Part shown: positions 1 through 9,212 of the stretch, one piece after another
Position numbering within the stretch: the first letter of the stretch is position 1
Layout: every line of letters begins with the position of its first letter
From: Polyangiaceae bacterium
GTDB taxonomy: Bacteria; Myxococcota_A; Polyangia; Polyangiales; Polyangiaceae
Assembly (NCBI GenBank): GCA_035063585.1
Contig: JAPSGB010000001.1
Span: 1 to 64,000 of the forward strand
DNA length: 64,000 bases
Reading direction: 5' to 3'
Notes under the pieces: model-generated
Told to the model about the DNA's origin: nothing
Databases searched by the model: none
The model's input: only the letters and a program-made list of their open reading frames with translations
Position numbers and translations under genes: made by a program

Positions 1-121
1 GCCCGCTCTTCGACTGCACCTTCACCAGCGCCGCCGTCAGCGTCGTCTTGCCGTGGTCGATGTGTCCGATCGTCCCCACGTTCACGTGGGGCTTCGTGCG
101 TACGAACTTCTCCTTGGCCAT
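1..121 (-). CDS. tuf: Elongation factor Tu, N-terminal fragment (runs off window)
   Basis: Reverse strand translates [36 protein letters not shown]; lies downstream of Thr-Tyr-Gly-Thr tRNAs, the canonical tufB arrangement. Confidence 0.97.
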   Translation of the reverse strand, partial: MAKEKFVRTKPHVNVGTIGHIDHGKTTLTAALVKVQSKSG

Positions 122-179
122 CGCTCGCTTACCTTCTCTCGTAGTTGTTCCGAAGAGCTCTTCGAATCGTGATTCCTCG

Positions 180-252
<73 letters not shown>

Positions 253-279
253 AACGTTTCGTTTCTGGTGCGGTCGTGC

Positions 280-355
<76 letters not shown>

Positions 356-569
356 ATGCGTCTCCGTTCCTCTGCGTCCTGACTTCCGGTCTCGTGTCGT
401 CTCTCGGCCCGACCCGCGACCTCAAGGGGGCGGCGTGCATAGCGCCACTTCCGCCTGAAGGCCACCCTCTTCTTTCGGCCAGTGGGCCGACTGGGAATTC
501 GTGCGGTCTCGGCTCCGATGCCTTCCTTCGAGCGAGGCGGAAGCGAGCTCCCGTCCTGGCGCTCCTGAG

Positions 570-652
570 TGGAGGGTGTTGGATTCGAACCAACGTAGGC
601 ATAAGCCGGCAGGTTTACAGCCTGCTCCCTTTGGCCGCTCGGGCAACCCTCC
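570..652 (-). tRNA. tRNA-Tyr(GTA)
   Basis: GGAGGGTTGCCCGAGCGGCCAAAGGG, anticodon arm GCAGGCTGTAAACCTGC, long variable arm, GGTTCGAATCC. Confidence 0.96.
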
Positions 653-697
653 GTGATTTCGCGTTCGCTCCTTACGCTTCGTCCTCCGAATGTCTCG

Positions 698-770
698 AGC
701 TGGCGAGGGGACTCGAACCCCTAACCGCCTGTTTACAAAACAGGTGCTCTACCGGTTGAGCTACGCCAGC
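698..770 (-). tRNA. tRNA-Thr(TGT)
   Basis: GCTGGCGTAGCTCAACCGGTAGAGC, anticodon arm CCTGTTTTGTAAACAGG, GGTTCGAGTCC. Confidence 0.96.
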
Positions 771-1032
771 ACACCCAGGACCGCAAAAACGCGGCGAAAA
801 CTGCGGGATTGCTCGTTCCATTCACGGGGCAGGCAGCGCGGTCGATCGCGAACGGGCACGGGGTGTGGCGGGCGAGGATCGTGTCCGGAGCCAGCGGCGC
901 TCCCGCGGCTTCTGGCGAAGGCCGCGCCTCGGCGCCTCGAGGCGACGCCGGAGGGGACACCCCACCTGCTTGCCTTCCGCGCGGCTTCACGCTGCACGGC
1001 GGGCGGCGGGCGGGCACCCGGTGAACCGCGCT

Positions 1033-1061
1033 CACGTAGCGCCAGCGTCATTCGCTGTCAA
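1033..1061 (-). promoter_or_regulatory. Candidate sigma70 promoter for tRNA-tuf operon
   Basis: Minus strand TTGACA-17 nt-TACGTG with an AT-rich tract upstream (about 1095-1140). Confidence 0.45.
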
Positions 1062-1140
1062 GCACAATCCGTACCGGACGCCGGCCGCGCCGAGCCGAAA
1101 TGGAATTCAACGTGAAATCAGCTAGTTATAGGGTAACCCC

Positions 1141-2331
1141 TCAACGCTTGGCTCGCTGGGCGAGGCGCGCGAGGGCAGCCTCGAGGTCGGCTCGGCTGTA
1201 AGGCAGACGCGCGAGGGCAGCGTCCTCGACCTTCATGGCGCGCTCGATGGACGCGCGGGCCTCCTTCGCGCGCTCGACCCACTCGGAGCGCTCCCCGGTG
1301 CGGCTCGCCATCTGGACGGTGTGGTTCATCATGGTGAGCGCCTTCGCGAGGAGCACCGAGTAGCGCAGGCGCATCGCCCCCTCGAAGAGCTGGCGGTCGG
1401 CGTCGGTGGTGGCCGCGGGCGGCGGCGGCACGCTCATGAGCTCCTGGTGGAGTCGCTCGTAGAGCTCGCCGACGCGGTACCCGGACATCGCGGACCAGTG
1501 CGCGTCGTAGGCGCGCATCGCATCGGAGTAGGCGCTCTGCGCGTCGAGCAGGAGCTGGCAGCGCGCCTCGAGGGTCGCAGCGAAGTCGGCCGGGACCGGC
1601 ACGAAGCGGATCTGTTCGGCGCGCAGGCGGCGCAGCTCTCCGAGCGCGTAGTAGAGCTGCGCGAGATCGCGCGGGACGCGGCCGGCCTGGTCGAGGCGGT
1701 TGTCCTCGATCGCGCTGCGGCCTCTCTCGATGAAGGTCGCCGCCGCGTCCGTCTCGCCCGCCGCGAGGAGCGCGAGGGCCTTGCCGCTCATCGCGACGAT
1801 CTCCTCGAGCGGACGAAGGTCCGGATGGCGCGCGACGAGCGCGTCGGCGGCGCGCCCGGCCTCCTCCCAACGCTCGAAATAGGCGAGGAGGCGGATCTCT
1901 CGCACCAGCGCCGCGCGCGCGAGCTCGCTCCTCGGAAAGCGCCGCCCGACCTCCTGGTAACGCGCCAGCGCGCCGGCCGGATCCCCCGCGAAATCGCGCG
2001 CCTCACCCGCGGCGAAGAGCGCCTCGGGCGCGAGCGGTCCGTGCGGGTCGAGCGCGACCACACGCTCGAGCTCGACCGCGGCGCCCGCGTACTCACCGGA
2101 TTCGAGACGAGCGCGCGCGTGCGCGTAGAGCTCGTCGATGCTGGCCTCGCCGGTCGGGGTGACGACGGTGCGCGGCAGCTCGACGCGCCGAGCCGGCGCG
2201 GGAGCGGCGCTCCGAGCCTGCCGGTCCGGCACGGAACCGCTCGGGGCGGCGGGCGTCGCGGCGCTCTTCACCGGTGCGCACGCGCTCGCGAAGAGCACGA
2301 CGGCGAGGCCGATGAAGCGAAGTGACGACAC
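1141..2331 (-). CDS. TPR-repeat lipoprotein (BamD/CpoB-like repeats)
   Basis: Likely GTG start at 2331, lipobox FASAC, TPR-like helical repeats (ELYAHARARLESGEY..A, ALFAAGEA); the ORF-track extension to 3408 is an antisense shadow. Confidence 0.7.
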   Translation of the reverse strand: MSSLRFIGLAVVLFASACAPVKSAATPAAPSGSVPDRQARSAAPAPARRVELPRTVVTPTGEASIDELYAHARARLESGEYAGAAVELERVVALDPHGPLAPEALFAAGEARDFAGDPAGALARYQEVGRRFPRSELARAALVREIRLLAYFERWEEAGRAADALVARHPDLRPLEEIVAMSGKALALLAAGETDAAATFIERGRSAIEDNRLDQAGRVPRDLAQLYYALGELRRLRAEQIRFVPVPADFAATLEARCQLLLDAQSAYSDAMRAYDAHWSAMSGYRVGELYERLHQELMSVPPPPAATTDADRQLFEGAMRLRYSVLLAKALTMMNHTVQMASRTGERSEWVERAKEARASIERAMKVEDAALARLPYSRADLEAALARLAQRAKR

Positions 2332-2493
2332 GATCCGGAGTCTAGCAGCCGCGCTTCCCGCACGCCGCCGCGAAGCGCGTGAGCGCGGCGCGCCACGGAT
2401 CTCGTCGAGCGCGCGAGCCTCACACCGGCGAGGGCGGTTCAGCGGCGCGTGACGAGGGCAGGTTCGAGTAGAGTCCAGCTCGGAAGCTTGGTC

Positions 2494-4944
2494 ATGCCCC
2501 CCACAGAGACACCGCGAACGTCGAGCGCTCCCCTCGCGTCCAGCCCTCCCGACTCGAGGGCGCGCCACGGTGCCGCCTGGCGGTCCGTCGCGATCCTGCT
2601 CGTCGCGCTGAGCGGGGCCGCGGTGCTCGGATACTACGGTCAGCGTCGATACCCAGTCGGGCAGTGGCTCTTCTGGCGCTACGCCGGGTATTGGCTCGCG
2701 TGCGGGGTCTGGGCGCTCGCGTCCTTGGCCGGAGGGCACGCGCTGCTCCGGCGGCTCTTGCCGCGAGTGCTGCCCTTCCGCGAACACCTCGCGCTCAGCT
2801 TCGCGACCGGAGTCTTCCTGAATTACCTCTTGATGTCGGTCGCGGGCCTCCTTCACCTCCTGCGCGCGCCGCTCTTCTTCGCGCTCCCAGCCGTGATGCT
2901 CGCCGCGGGAGGAGCGAGCCTCGCTCGCACCTCCCGCCGGTTCTTGCGCGGCGTGCTTGCGGAGCGACGACGGCGCGGCGGCGGCTCGCCCTGGTCGTAC
3001 GTGCTCTTCACCTTCGGGTTGCTCGGGTTCCTGATGGTGTATTTCGTGATCCTGAGCCCCGAGAACATCCAGTTCGACTCGCGCTGGAAGCACTTCGCGC
3101 TCGCCGAAGAGTACGTGGTGACCGGAGGGGTGCGGCGCTTCGCGGAAGGCTGGACGGTCGAGACCAATCCGCACCTTGCCACCTACGTCTACAGCTGGGG
3201 GTTCTTGCTGCCTTTCGGCAAGTTCTTCGACCGGGTGGAGCTCGCGGCGCACCTCGAGTTCGCGATCTTCGTCGCGACCACCCTCATGCTCCCCACCCTC
3301 GTGCGACGGCTGGTGCCCGGCGCTTCCGGGCGCTACGCGTGGACCGCCCGCTTCCTGTTCCCCGGGATCTTCCTCTATGACTCGAGCCTGAGCGGTGGGG
3401 CCGACCACATCGCCGCGCTCTTCGCGGTGCCACTCTTTCTAGTGGTGCTGCGCGCGCGCCGCGCGCTCGAACCCAAGCTCTGCATGCTCACGGCGGTGAT
3501 GCTCGCCGGTGGCGCCATGTCGAAGCTCACCGCGCTCCTGATGCTGACACCCGTGGTGGCTGGCGCGCTCGGGCTGCGCGCCGTCATCATCGCGCTGCGT
3601 GGCGGTCGTCCCGGAGCCCCACCGCGCCGACGCGCATGGCTCGGCCCGCTCGCGGCGGTTGGAGTCGGCTTCGCGATCACCTCGACCTTCTGGCTGAAAA
3701 ACTGGATCTGGTACGGCGATCCCATTTACCCATCGCTCCACAAGTATCTGCACTTGCGCCCCTGGGTCGCCGGCTCCGCAGATCTCTTCGAGTGGGGTTA
3801 CAAGGACTTCCAGTTCTGGCGTCCGACTCATGACCTCTCGGGTGTCTGGCAGACCATCAAGGCGCTGTTCACCTTCTCCTTCATTCCAAACGACTACCCA
3901 AGATATCACGGGATTTCTCCGGTATTTGGCTCGCTATTTACCATCCTGGTTTTCACCCTGCCATTCTTGAAGCGAACCCAGCGCATCTGGGGGCTGGTCG
4001 CGGCGACTCACGTCGCCATCCTGATCTGGTATTGGATTCACCATCAGGATCGCTACCTTCAGACGCTGATGCCTTGGATCGCCGGGGCGACGGCGGCCAC
4101 CCTGGTGCTCGCCTGGCGCACGGGTTGGCCCGCCCGAGTCGGGCTCGGGGCGCTCGTCGCGACCCAGCTCATCGTCGCGGGCGACACCTACTTCATCCCA
4201 ACCCATTCGATGGTTGGGTCACCACTCAAGGCCAGCATCGATCTCTTGTCAGCCGGGTTCCGGAAGCAAGGAGACAAGCGTTTCCGAATCTACTCGCAAT
4301 GGACCGAGCTCGGCCGCCGGCTTCCTTCCGGCTCGCGGGTATTGCTTCACGACAATCACACCCACCTGGGGCTCGGTGCGGAGACGGTCAATGATTGGGG
4401 CGGGTGGCAGTTCGGAATCCGCTACGACACGCGCGGTTCGCCAGGCCAGGTCTACGAGCTGTTTCGAGGGATGGGCGTCACGCATATCGTGTACGAATCG
4501 AACCGGCAGAGTAAAGGGTGGGACTCGCTCGCTGGAGACATCGTATTTTACGATTTCGTGCTTCACCACACGGCGGGCTCGTGGTCTTCGGGCGGCTCGA
4601 CGCTGGTCCCGATGCCCGCGCAGCGCCCTCGAGACCAGCGCATCGGACCCATTCTGTACCTCGGCTGCGGCAAGACCTACGAGAGCGGGCTCTACGACCT
4701 CAGCGATCTCGCCGTCCCGGTGTTTGGACCGCGAAGCCGCGTGTATCCGCGCGCGCGGACGGCTGAGTCCCGGGCGCACCCCGTCGACGACCTCGCGTCG
4801 ACCGCGCGTGTGCTGGTGCTCGACCGGCGCTGCCGCAAGCCGGTCGAGGGCTTCGCGCTCGGCGTACGGCGAGAGGTCTTGCGACCTACCGACGGCGCGA
4901 GGGAGCTCACCATCTGGTTCCGACACGACGCGTCTCGCGGCTAG
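2494..4944 (+). CDS. Polytopic membrane protein, probable GT-C-fold glycosyltransferase
   Basis: More than 12 hydrophobic segments, loop motif FDSRWKHFALAE, WLKNWIWYGDPIYP and QDRYL motifs typical of ArnT/PMT-like proteins. Confidence 0.6.
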   Translation: MPPTETPRTSSAPLASSPPDSRARHGAAWRSVAILLVALSGAAVLGYYGQRRYPVGQWLFWRYAGYWLACGVWALASLAGGHALLRRLLPRVLPFREHLALSFATGVFLNYLLMSVAGLLHLLRAPLFFALPAVMLAAGGASLARTSRRFLRGVLAERRRRGGGSPWSYVLFTFGLLGFLMVYFVILSPENIQFDSRWKHFALAEEYVVTGGVRRFAEGWTVETNPHLATYVYSWGFLLPFGKFFDRVELAAHLEFAIFVATTLMLPTLVRRLVPGASGRYAWTARFLFPGIFLYDSSLSGGADHIAALFAVPLFLVVLRARRALEPKLCMLTAVMLAGGAMSKLTALLMLTPVVAGALGLRAVIIALRGGRPGAPPRRRAWLGPLAAVGVGFAITSTFWLKNWIWYGDPIYPSLHKYLHLRPWVAGSADLFEWGYKDFQFWRPTHDLSGVWQTIKALFTFSFIPNDYPRYHGISPVFGSLFTILVFTLPFLKRTQRIWGLVAATHVAILIWYWIHHQDRYLQTLMPWIAGATAATLVLAWRTGWPARVGLGALVATQLIVAGDTYFIPTHSMVGSPLKASIDLLSAGFRKQGDKRFRIYSQWTELGRRLPSGSRVLLHDNHTHLGLGAETVNDWGGWQFGIRYDTRGSPGQVYELFRGMGVTHIVYESNRQSKGWDSLAGDIVFYDFVLHHTAGSWSSGGSTLVPMPAQRPRDQRIGPILYLGCGKTYESGLYDLSDLAVPVFGPRSRVYPRARTAESRAHPVDDLASTARVLVLDRRCRKPVEGFALGVRREVLRPTDGARELTIWFRHDASRG

Positions 4945-5092
4945 CGACTCCCGGGCTCGTCCGCCCGCGCTCGAGTCGAGCGCGCCGGCGCCGGAACGCC
5001 TGCAGGCCGGAGGACCGCCGGCGCGAGGCGCTCCGGGACGAGGGTGGGAGAGCGATGCTCGGAGTTGCGCGGTGACACAAGCGGCTCACGCA

Positions 5093-5108
5093 TGGCACGA
5101 GCCTTGCT
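5093..5108 (+). promoter_or_regulatory. Sigma54 -24/-12 promoter
   Basis: TGGCACGAGCCTTGCT matches TGGCAC-N5-TTGCW exactly; intergenic. Confidence 0.75.
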
Positions 5109-5425
5109 CGCGAGGGCTCGCTACCCGCTCCGCGCAGGCGCTCCGGTAAACCGGCGGAACGGGCCGAGCGAACCCACGCAGCTCACGTAGGGATGCGAAG
5201 CCGGAATGACGCGCCGAAGAGGGGGGTTGACCGAAGCAGCGTCGTGCCTGAGGATCCTAGCGTGACGGGTCGTGCCGTTGGCCTAGCAGCCACCGCGTCC
5301 GCGCGGACGCCGACGGCGGCCGAGGCGCCGCGAACACCCGACGATCATCCGCGCTCGACGCGGCGCGCGCAGGTCGCGCGCTCCGGCGCCGGTGCGGCGG
5401 TAACGCAGCGAAGGAGAGACACATC

Positions 5426-5611
5426 ATGAGCGAAGCGACGGCCGAGGATCGTCTGAGTGAAGCAGAGTCGCGACACGAGGCGCTGGCCAAACAGGTCCGG
5501 TTGCTCGAGCGCAGGGCCTACCTCACCCCGGAAGAGCAGCGAACCGTCGCCGAGTTGAAGAAGCAGAAGCTCGCCGCGAAAGACGAAGTTCACGCGCTGC
5601 GGCGCGCGTAG
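5426..5611 (+). CDS. DUF465/YdcH-family small coiled-coil protein
   Basis: RH..L...V..LE......LKKQKL..KDE pattern; SD AAGGAG upstream. Confidence 0.8.
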   Translation: MSEATAEDRLSEAESRHEALAKQVRLLERRAYLTPEEQRTVAELKKQKLAAKDEVHALRRA

Positions 5612-5615
5612 CCGA

Positions 5616-6122
5616 TCAGAGCGGGACGCACTCGCCGGACTGGCAGCTCTGACCGTCGGGGCAGTCTTCGCTGCCCTGACACGCGCTGCCGTCCGGCGAC
5701 GGGGCGTCTTCCCCGGACTTGCGCGTGGTCTCGGTCGCCGACGAGCGGCTCGCCTTGAGCGCGTCCGCGCCGCCGTATACGTCGGTGTTGAGATCGTCGA
5801 GCGCCTGATCGAGCAGCTCGCTCCACTTCGCGGTGAGCCCGCCCGGGTGCGCCTCGTTGATGGCCTTGGCGATCGCGAGCCAGTGGCGTGCGTCCGGGCG
5901 AAACTCGAGGCGGTAGTCGGTCATGCCGCGGAGATACGCGTAGCGGGCCTGGTCCATGGGCTCGAGCGAGTCCATGTCCGGCTCGAGCCCGCGCCAGAGC
6001 GCCAGCGCGTGCTCGTACTGGTTCTCGTCGTAGAGACGCTGGCCGCGGTTCAAGTCCTCGCGATAGGTAGCGCACGCGCCGACCGAGAGCGCGAGGAGCA
6101 GCGGAGCGACGAAGCGCATCAC
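5616..6122 (-). CDS. Lipoprotein with TPR-like domain and C-terminal 4-Cys module
   Basis: Lipobox VGAC; C-terminal C..SEDCPDGQSCQSGEC. Confidence 0.7.
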   Translation of the reverse strand: MMRFVAPLLLALSVGACATYREDLNRGQRLYDENQYEHALALWRGLEPDMDSLEPMDQARYAYLRGMTDYRLEFRPDARHWLAIAKAINEAHPGGLTAKWSELLDQALDDLNTDVYGGADALKASRSSATETTRKSGEDAPSPDGSACQGSEDCPDGQSCQSGECVPL

Positions 6123-6155
6123 GGAGCCGAGCCTAGCCTCACCCTCGCGCGAGGA

Positions 6156-6782
6156 TCAAGGACGGCGCGCACCCGCGCGGCGGTAGCGGAGCCGAACCAC
6201 CGGCAGGCCGTCGGCGAGGGCCCGCCGTTCGCGCGGGCTCCGCGCCTGGTACGGGTTGTCGTCGACGCGAGGACCGGCCGCGTCCCAGGGCTCCAGCGTG
6301 GGCTCGCCGGCCAGGAGCGCCTCGTAAGCCTCGGCGCGCTCGGAGACGTCCGTCTGGACGAACAGCTCACCCCCCGGCCGCAGGGCGCGGCCGAGCTCCC
6401 GGGCGAGCGCGGGGGTCAGGACCAGCCGCTTCGCGTGGCGCTTCTTCCACCACGGATCGGGGAAATGCAGGTAGACGGCCGCGAGCGAGCCGGTGAGGAG
6501 CCGAGGGAAGACCTCCCGCGCGTCCTCGGCGAAGACCCGCGCGCGCGCGCCCAGCCCGCGCTCGGCGAGCCGTCGATCGACGATGGTCGCCCACTTGCGG
6601 CGGATCTCGAGCCCGACCACGCCGACCCCCGGCGCGAACTCGAGCCGCTCGAGGATGAACCAACCCCGCCCGGGGCCGATCTCGACCTCGACGCCGGCCG
6701 CGCCGGCAGAGACCAGAGACCGGAGATCGAGGCCCTCACCCTCTGGCAAGCGGGGCGCGTCGGAATAGAGTGCCGTCGGCAT
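6156..6782 (-). CDS. trmB: tRNA (guanine-N7)-methyltransferase
   Basis: EVEIGPGRG SAM motif, GLEIR, HFPDPWWKKRH.KR, QTD. Confidence 0.92.
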   Translation of the reverse strand: MPTALYSDAPRLPEGEGLDLRSLVSAGAAGVEVEIGPGRGWFILERLEFAPGVGVVGLEIRRKWATIVDRRLAERGLGARARVFAEDAREVFPRLLTGSLAAVYLHFPDPWWKKRHAKRLVLTPALARELGRALRPGGELFVQTDVSERAEAYEALLAGEPTLEPWDAAGPRVDDNPYQARSPRERRALADGLPVVRLRYRRAGARRP

Positions 6783-8823
6783 GGTCGAACCGCGGGTGCC
6801 CGCTAGCACGCCCGAGGGCGGGGCACGACCTCGGGCCTGGCTCCGCTACGCGCCGGTCACGCTGGCCACCGCGACGCTCGCGGCGGTGACCACGCGGGCC
6901 ATCGCTGACCGCACGGGCGGCCTGCCCGGCGTGCCGCTCGACGACACCTACATCCATTTCCAGTATGCGCGGGCGCTCGCCGAGCTCCATCCCCTCGTCT
7001 ACAGCCCGGGCGCGGCGCCCGCCGCCGGCGCGACCAGCCTGCTCTGGCCGCTGGTGCTCGCACCGTTTTACGCAGCGGGGCTGCGCGGTCAGTCGCTCAT
7101 CTTCGCTTCGTGGGCGCTCGGCTGGATCTCACTCGGGCTCCTCGCGTGGGACACTTCCGCGCTCGCGCGAAAGCTCACGAGCCGCGCCGCGGCCATCGCG
7201 GCCGGCGCGATGGTGCTCGCCTTCGGCGGCTACGCCTGGTGCGCGGCGAGCGGGATGGAGGTCGTACCGTTCGCGTGGCTGCTCGTGCGGAGCGCTCGAC
7301 GCGCGGCCGAGTGGCTCGAGGAGGGCGCGCCCGCCGAGCCGGCGCTCCGGCGCCGACGGCGCGCGGAGCTCCTCGCGCTGGGCGTGGCGACGCCGATGAT
7401 GCGCCCGGAGGGCGTCATCGGCGCGCTGCTCGTCTCGGCGGCGCTCGCCACGCGCGCGCGCGGCCGAGCCCGTGCGTGGGCGCTCGCGCCGTGGGCGGGG
7501 GTGCTCGCCGCGCCCCTCGTGAACCTCGCGCTCACCGGGCAGTCGACCAGCACCACCGCGCTCGTGAAGTGGCTGCCGCTCAGCCCGTATCACCACGGGG
7601 CCGAGCTCTGGCGGGCCATCGGGAAAAATGTGGAGCTCCTGTTCGTCACGCTGCTCGACGGCGAGGCGTGGAGCGCGTCGGTGCTGCCGACCGGCGGCCG
7701 CGTGTTCGCGTGGCTCGCGCTGCCGGCGTTGCTCGCGGCCGGCGCGCGGCGTCACCGGCGAGCGCGCGCGGCGTGCGCGCTCGCGGTCGCCCTCGGCATG
7801 CTCGTCCCGGCCACCTACGACAGCTTCCTCTGGAATCGCCTCCGCTATCTCTGGCCGTTCGCCGCGGGGTGGTTCGTCGGGCTCGCGGCGCTCGCCGATC
7901 TCGCGGGCGAGCTGCTCCGCTCGCTCCGACTGCCCGACGCGCGCGCGGTCATCGCCGGAGGCTTCGTGGGCGCGCTCGGCGGCCACCTGCACTACGCGAT
8001 CGACGACGTCGCGGTGAGCTCGGACGCGATCCGGCGGCAGCAGGTCGCGCTCGGCGAGTGGGCGCGCGACGCGCTCCCGGCGGGCGCGCGCATCGGCGTG
8101 AACGACACCGGCGCCATCGCGTACTACTCGGGTCGACCGGTGTTCGACATCTGCGGGCTCACCACCGCGCACGAGGCGCGCTACTGGGCCGCCGGCGCGG
8201 GGTCGCGCTTCGAGCACTACGAGCGGCTCGAGCGCGACCGCTTGCCCACGCATTTCATCGTCTACCCCGCGTGGATGGCGCTCCCGCCGCTGCTCGGCGA
8301 GCGGCTCACCGAGCGCACGGTCACCGGCGCGACCATCCTCGGCGGCGTCACCATGGTCGCGGCGGTCGCCGACTACTCCGCGCTCCGCTCCGGCGCGAGG
8401 CCGCTCCGCGCCGGGTTCGAGGGCGCGCCGCTCGATGAGCTCGACGTCGCGGATCTCGAGAGCGAGGCCGCGCACGACTACGAGCTCTTCTGGGCCTCCC
8501 AGGCGGAGAACTTCCTCGCCGGCGACGGCCTCGGTCACTACGATGGCGCGCGCAGCCGCCGCACCCTCGACCGCTTCGCGCTCACGCTCGCCCCGAGCGG
8601 ACGCCTCCTCGCGCGGCTGGGCGCGAGCGACGGCACGTCGCTCTCCGTGCGGGTCGATGGTCGAGAGGTCGGGACGCTCGAGGCCCGGAGCGCCGAGTGG
8701 CAAGAGCTCGCGCTCACGCTCCCGCCCGATCTCCCCGCGGGCCGCCACCGGCTCGAGGTCGAGCCGCGCGCGGGCGCGACGGTCGCCACCCTTCATTACT
8801 GGTCCTTTCCGGCGGGCCATTAG
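6781..8823 (+). CDS. GT-C-like membrane glycosyltransferase
   Basis: LDDTYIHFQYARALAE, GATSLLWP, SGMEV, RPEG, RLRYLWP, D.GAIAYYS..PVFD.CGLT; C-terminal beta-sandwich-like tail. Confidence 0.7.
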   Translation: MVEPRVPASTPEGGARPRAWLRYAPVTLATATLAAVTTRAIADRTGGLPGVPLDDTYIHFQYARALAELHPLVYSPGAAPAAGATSLLWPLVLAPFYAAGLRGQSLIFASWALGWISLGLLAWDTSALARKLTSRAAAIAAGAMVLAFGGYAWCAASGMEVVPFAWLLVRSARRAAEWLEEGAPAEPALRRRRRAELLALGVATPMMRPEGVIGALLVSAALATRARGRARAWALAPWAGVLAAPLVNLALTGQSTSTTALVKWLPLSPYHHGAELWRAIGKNVELLFVTLLDGEAWSASVLPTGGRVFAWLALPALLAAGARRHRRARAACALAVALGMLVPATYDSFLWNRLRYLWPFAAGWFVGLAALADLAGELLRSLRLPDARAVIAGGFVGALGGHLHYAIDDVAVSSDAIRRQQVALGEWARDALPAGARIGVNDTGAIAYYSGRPVFDICGLTTAHEARYWAAGAGSRFEHYERLERDRLPTHFIVYPAWMALPPLLGERLTERTVTGATILGGVTMVAAVADYSALRSGARPLRAGFEGAPLDELDVADLESEAAHDYELFWASQAENFLAGDGLGHYDGARSRRTLDRFALTLAPSGRLLARLGASDGTSLSVRVDGREVGTLEARSAEWQELALTLPPDLPAGRHRLEVEPRAGATVATLHYWSFPAGH

Positions 8824-8909
8824 CCGGTCCGGCGCGGCCGGCGGCGAGGCGCGGGCGGGCTCGCGCCGCGCCGGACCGGCGAACCGCGCCGCCGGCCGCG
8901 CCGGACCGG
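8824..8909. repeat. 23-bp perfect inverted repeat with alternative internal arm
   Basis: CCGGTCCGGCGCGGCCGGCGGCG (8824-8846) pairs with 8887-8909; a second 16-bp arm lies at 8865-8880. Confidence 0.85.
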
Positions 8910-8930
8910 AAAAAAACCCTTGCCGTGATA

Positions 8931-8959
8931 TTGACAGCATGAACTGTTACGGTTATTAG
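8931..8959 (+). promoter_or_regulatory. Sigma70-type promoter
   Basis: TTGACA-17 nt-TATTAG in a conspicuous AT-rich island. Confidence 0.65.
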
Positions 8960-8966
8960 TGGTTCA

Positions 8967-9125
8967 ATGACAACTGCCGCACATCATAGTGACACCGAGT
9001 GGCCCGCTTCGGCTCCGGCTAGCCGGCGGTCGAGCGAGCCGTCGTCGTGGGTCGAGGGGCTCCTGGTCGGGGGCGGGCTCGCGCTGCTCTTCATGCTCGA
9101 GGTCTGGCGGCTGGCCGTCCACTGA
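8967..9125 (+). CDS. 52-aa single-pass membrane peptide (not in ORF track)
   Basis: MTTAAHHSDTEWPASAPASRRSSEPSSWVEGLLVGGGLALLFMLEVWRLAVH; ATG 7 nt after the -10 box. Confidence 0.5.
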   Translation: MTTAAHHSDTEWPASAPASRRSSEPSSWVEGLLVGGGLALLFMLEVWRLAVH

Positions 9126-9212
9126 GCGAGCCGGCCGCGACGCCGGGGCGGTGGCGTGGCACGCCTCGTTCGAGAGGTGGCACCCGCGCCCGGTCCGGCT
9201 AGCATGCCCGGC

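Noticed and set aside
2332..3408. N-terminal extension of the 755-aa TPR ORF
   Set aside because: Antisense to the 2494 membrane gene; the lipobox and -10 box indicate a start at 2331
5193..5429. 78-aa ORF coupled to the DUF465 gene
   Set aside because: No motif, atypical codon usage and no clear RBS; the DUF465 gene has its own SD
8910..9212. Cobalamin or NiCo riboswitch upstream of cbiM
   Set aside because: No recognisable B12-box or terminator; the region is explained by a promoter, a small ORF and a -10 box directly before cbiM
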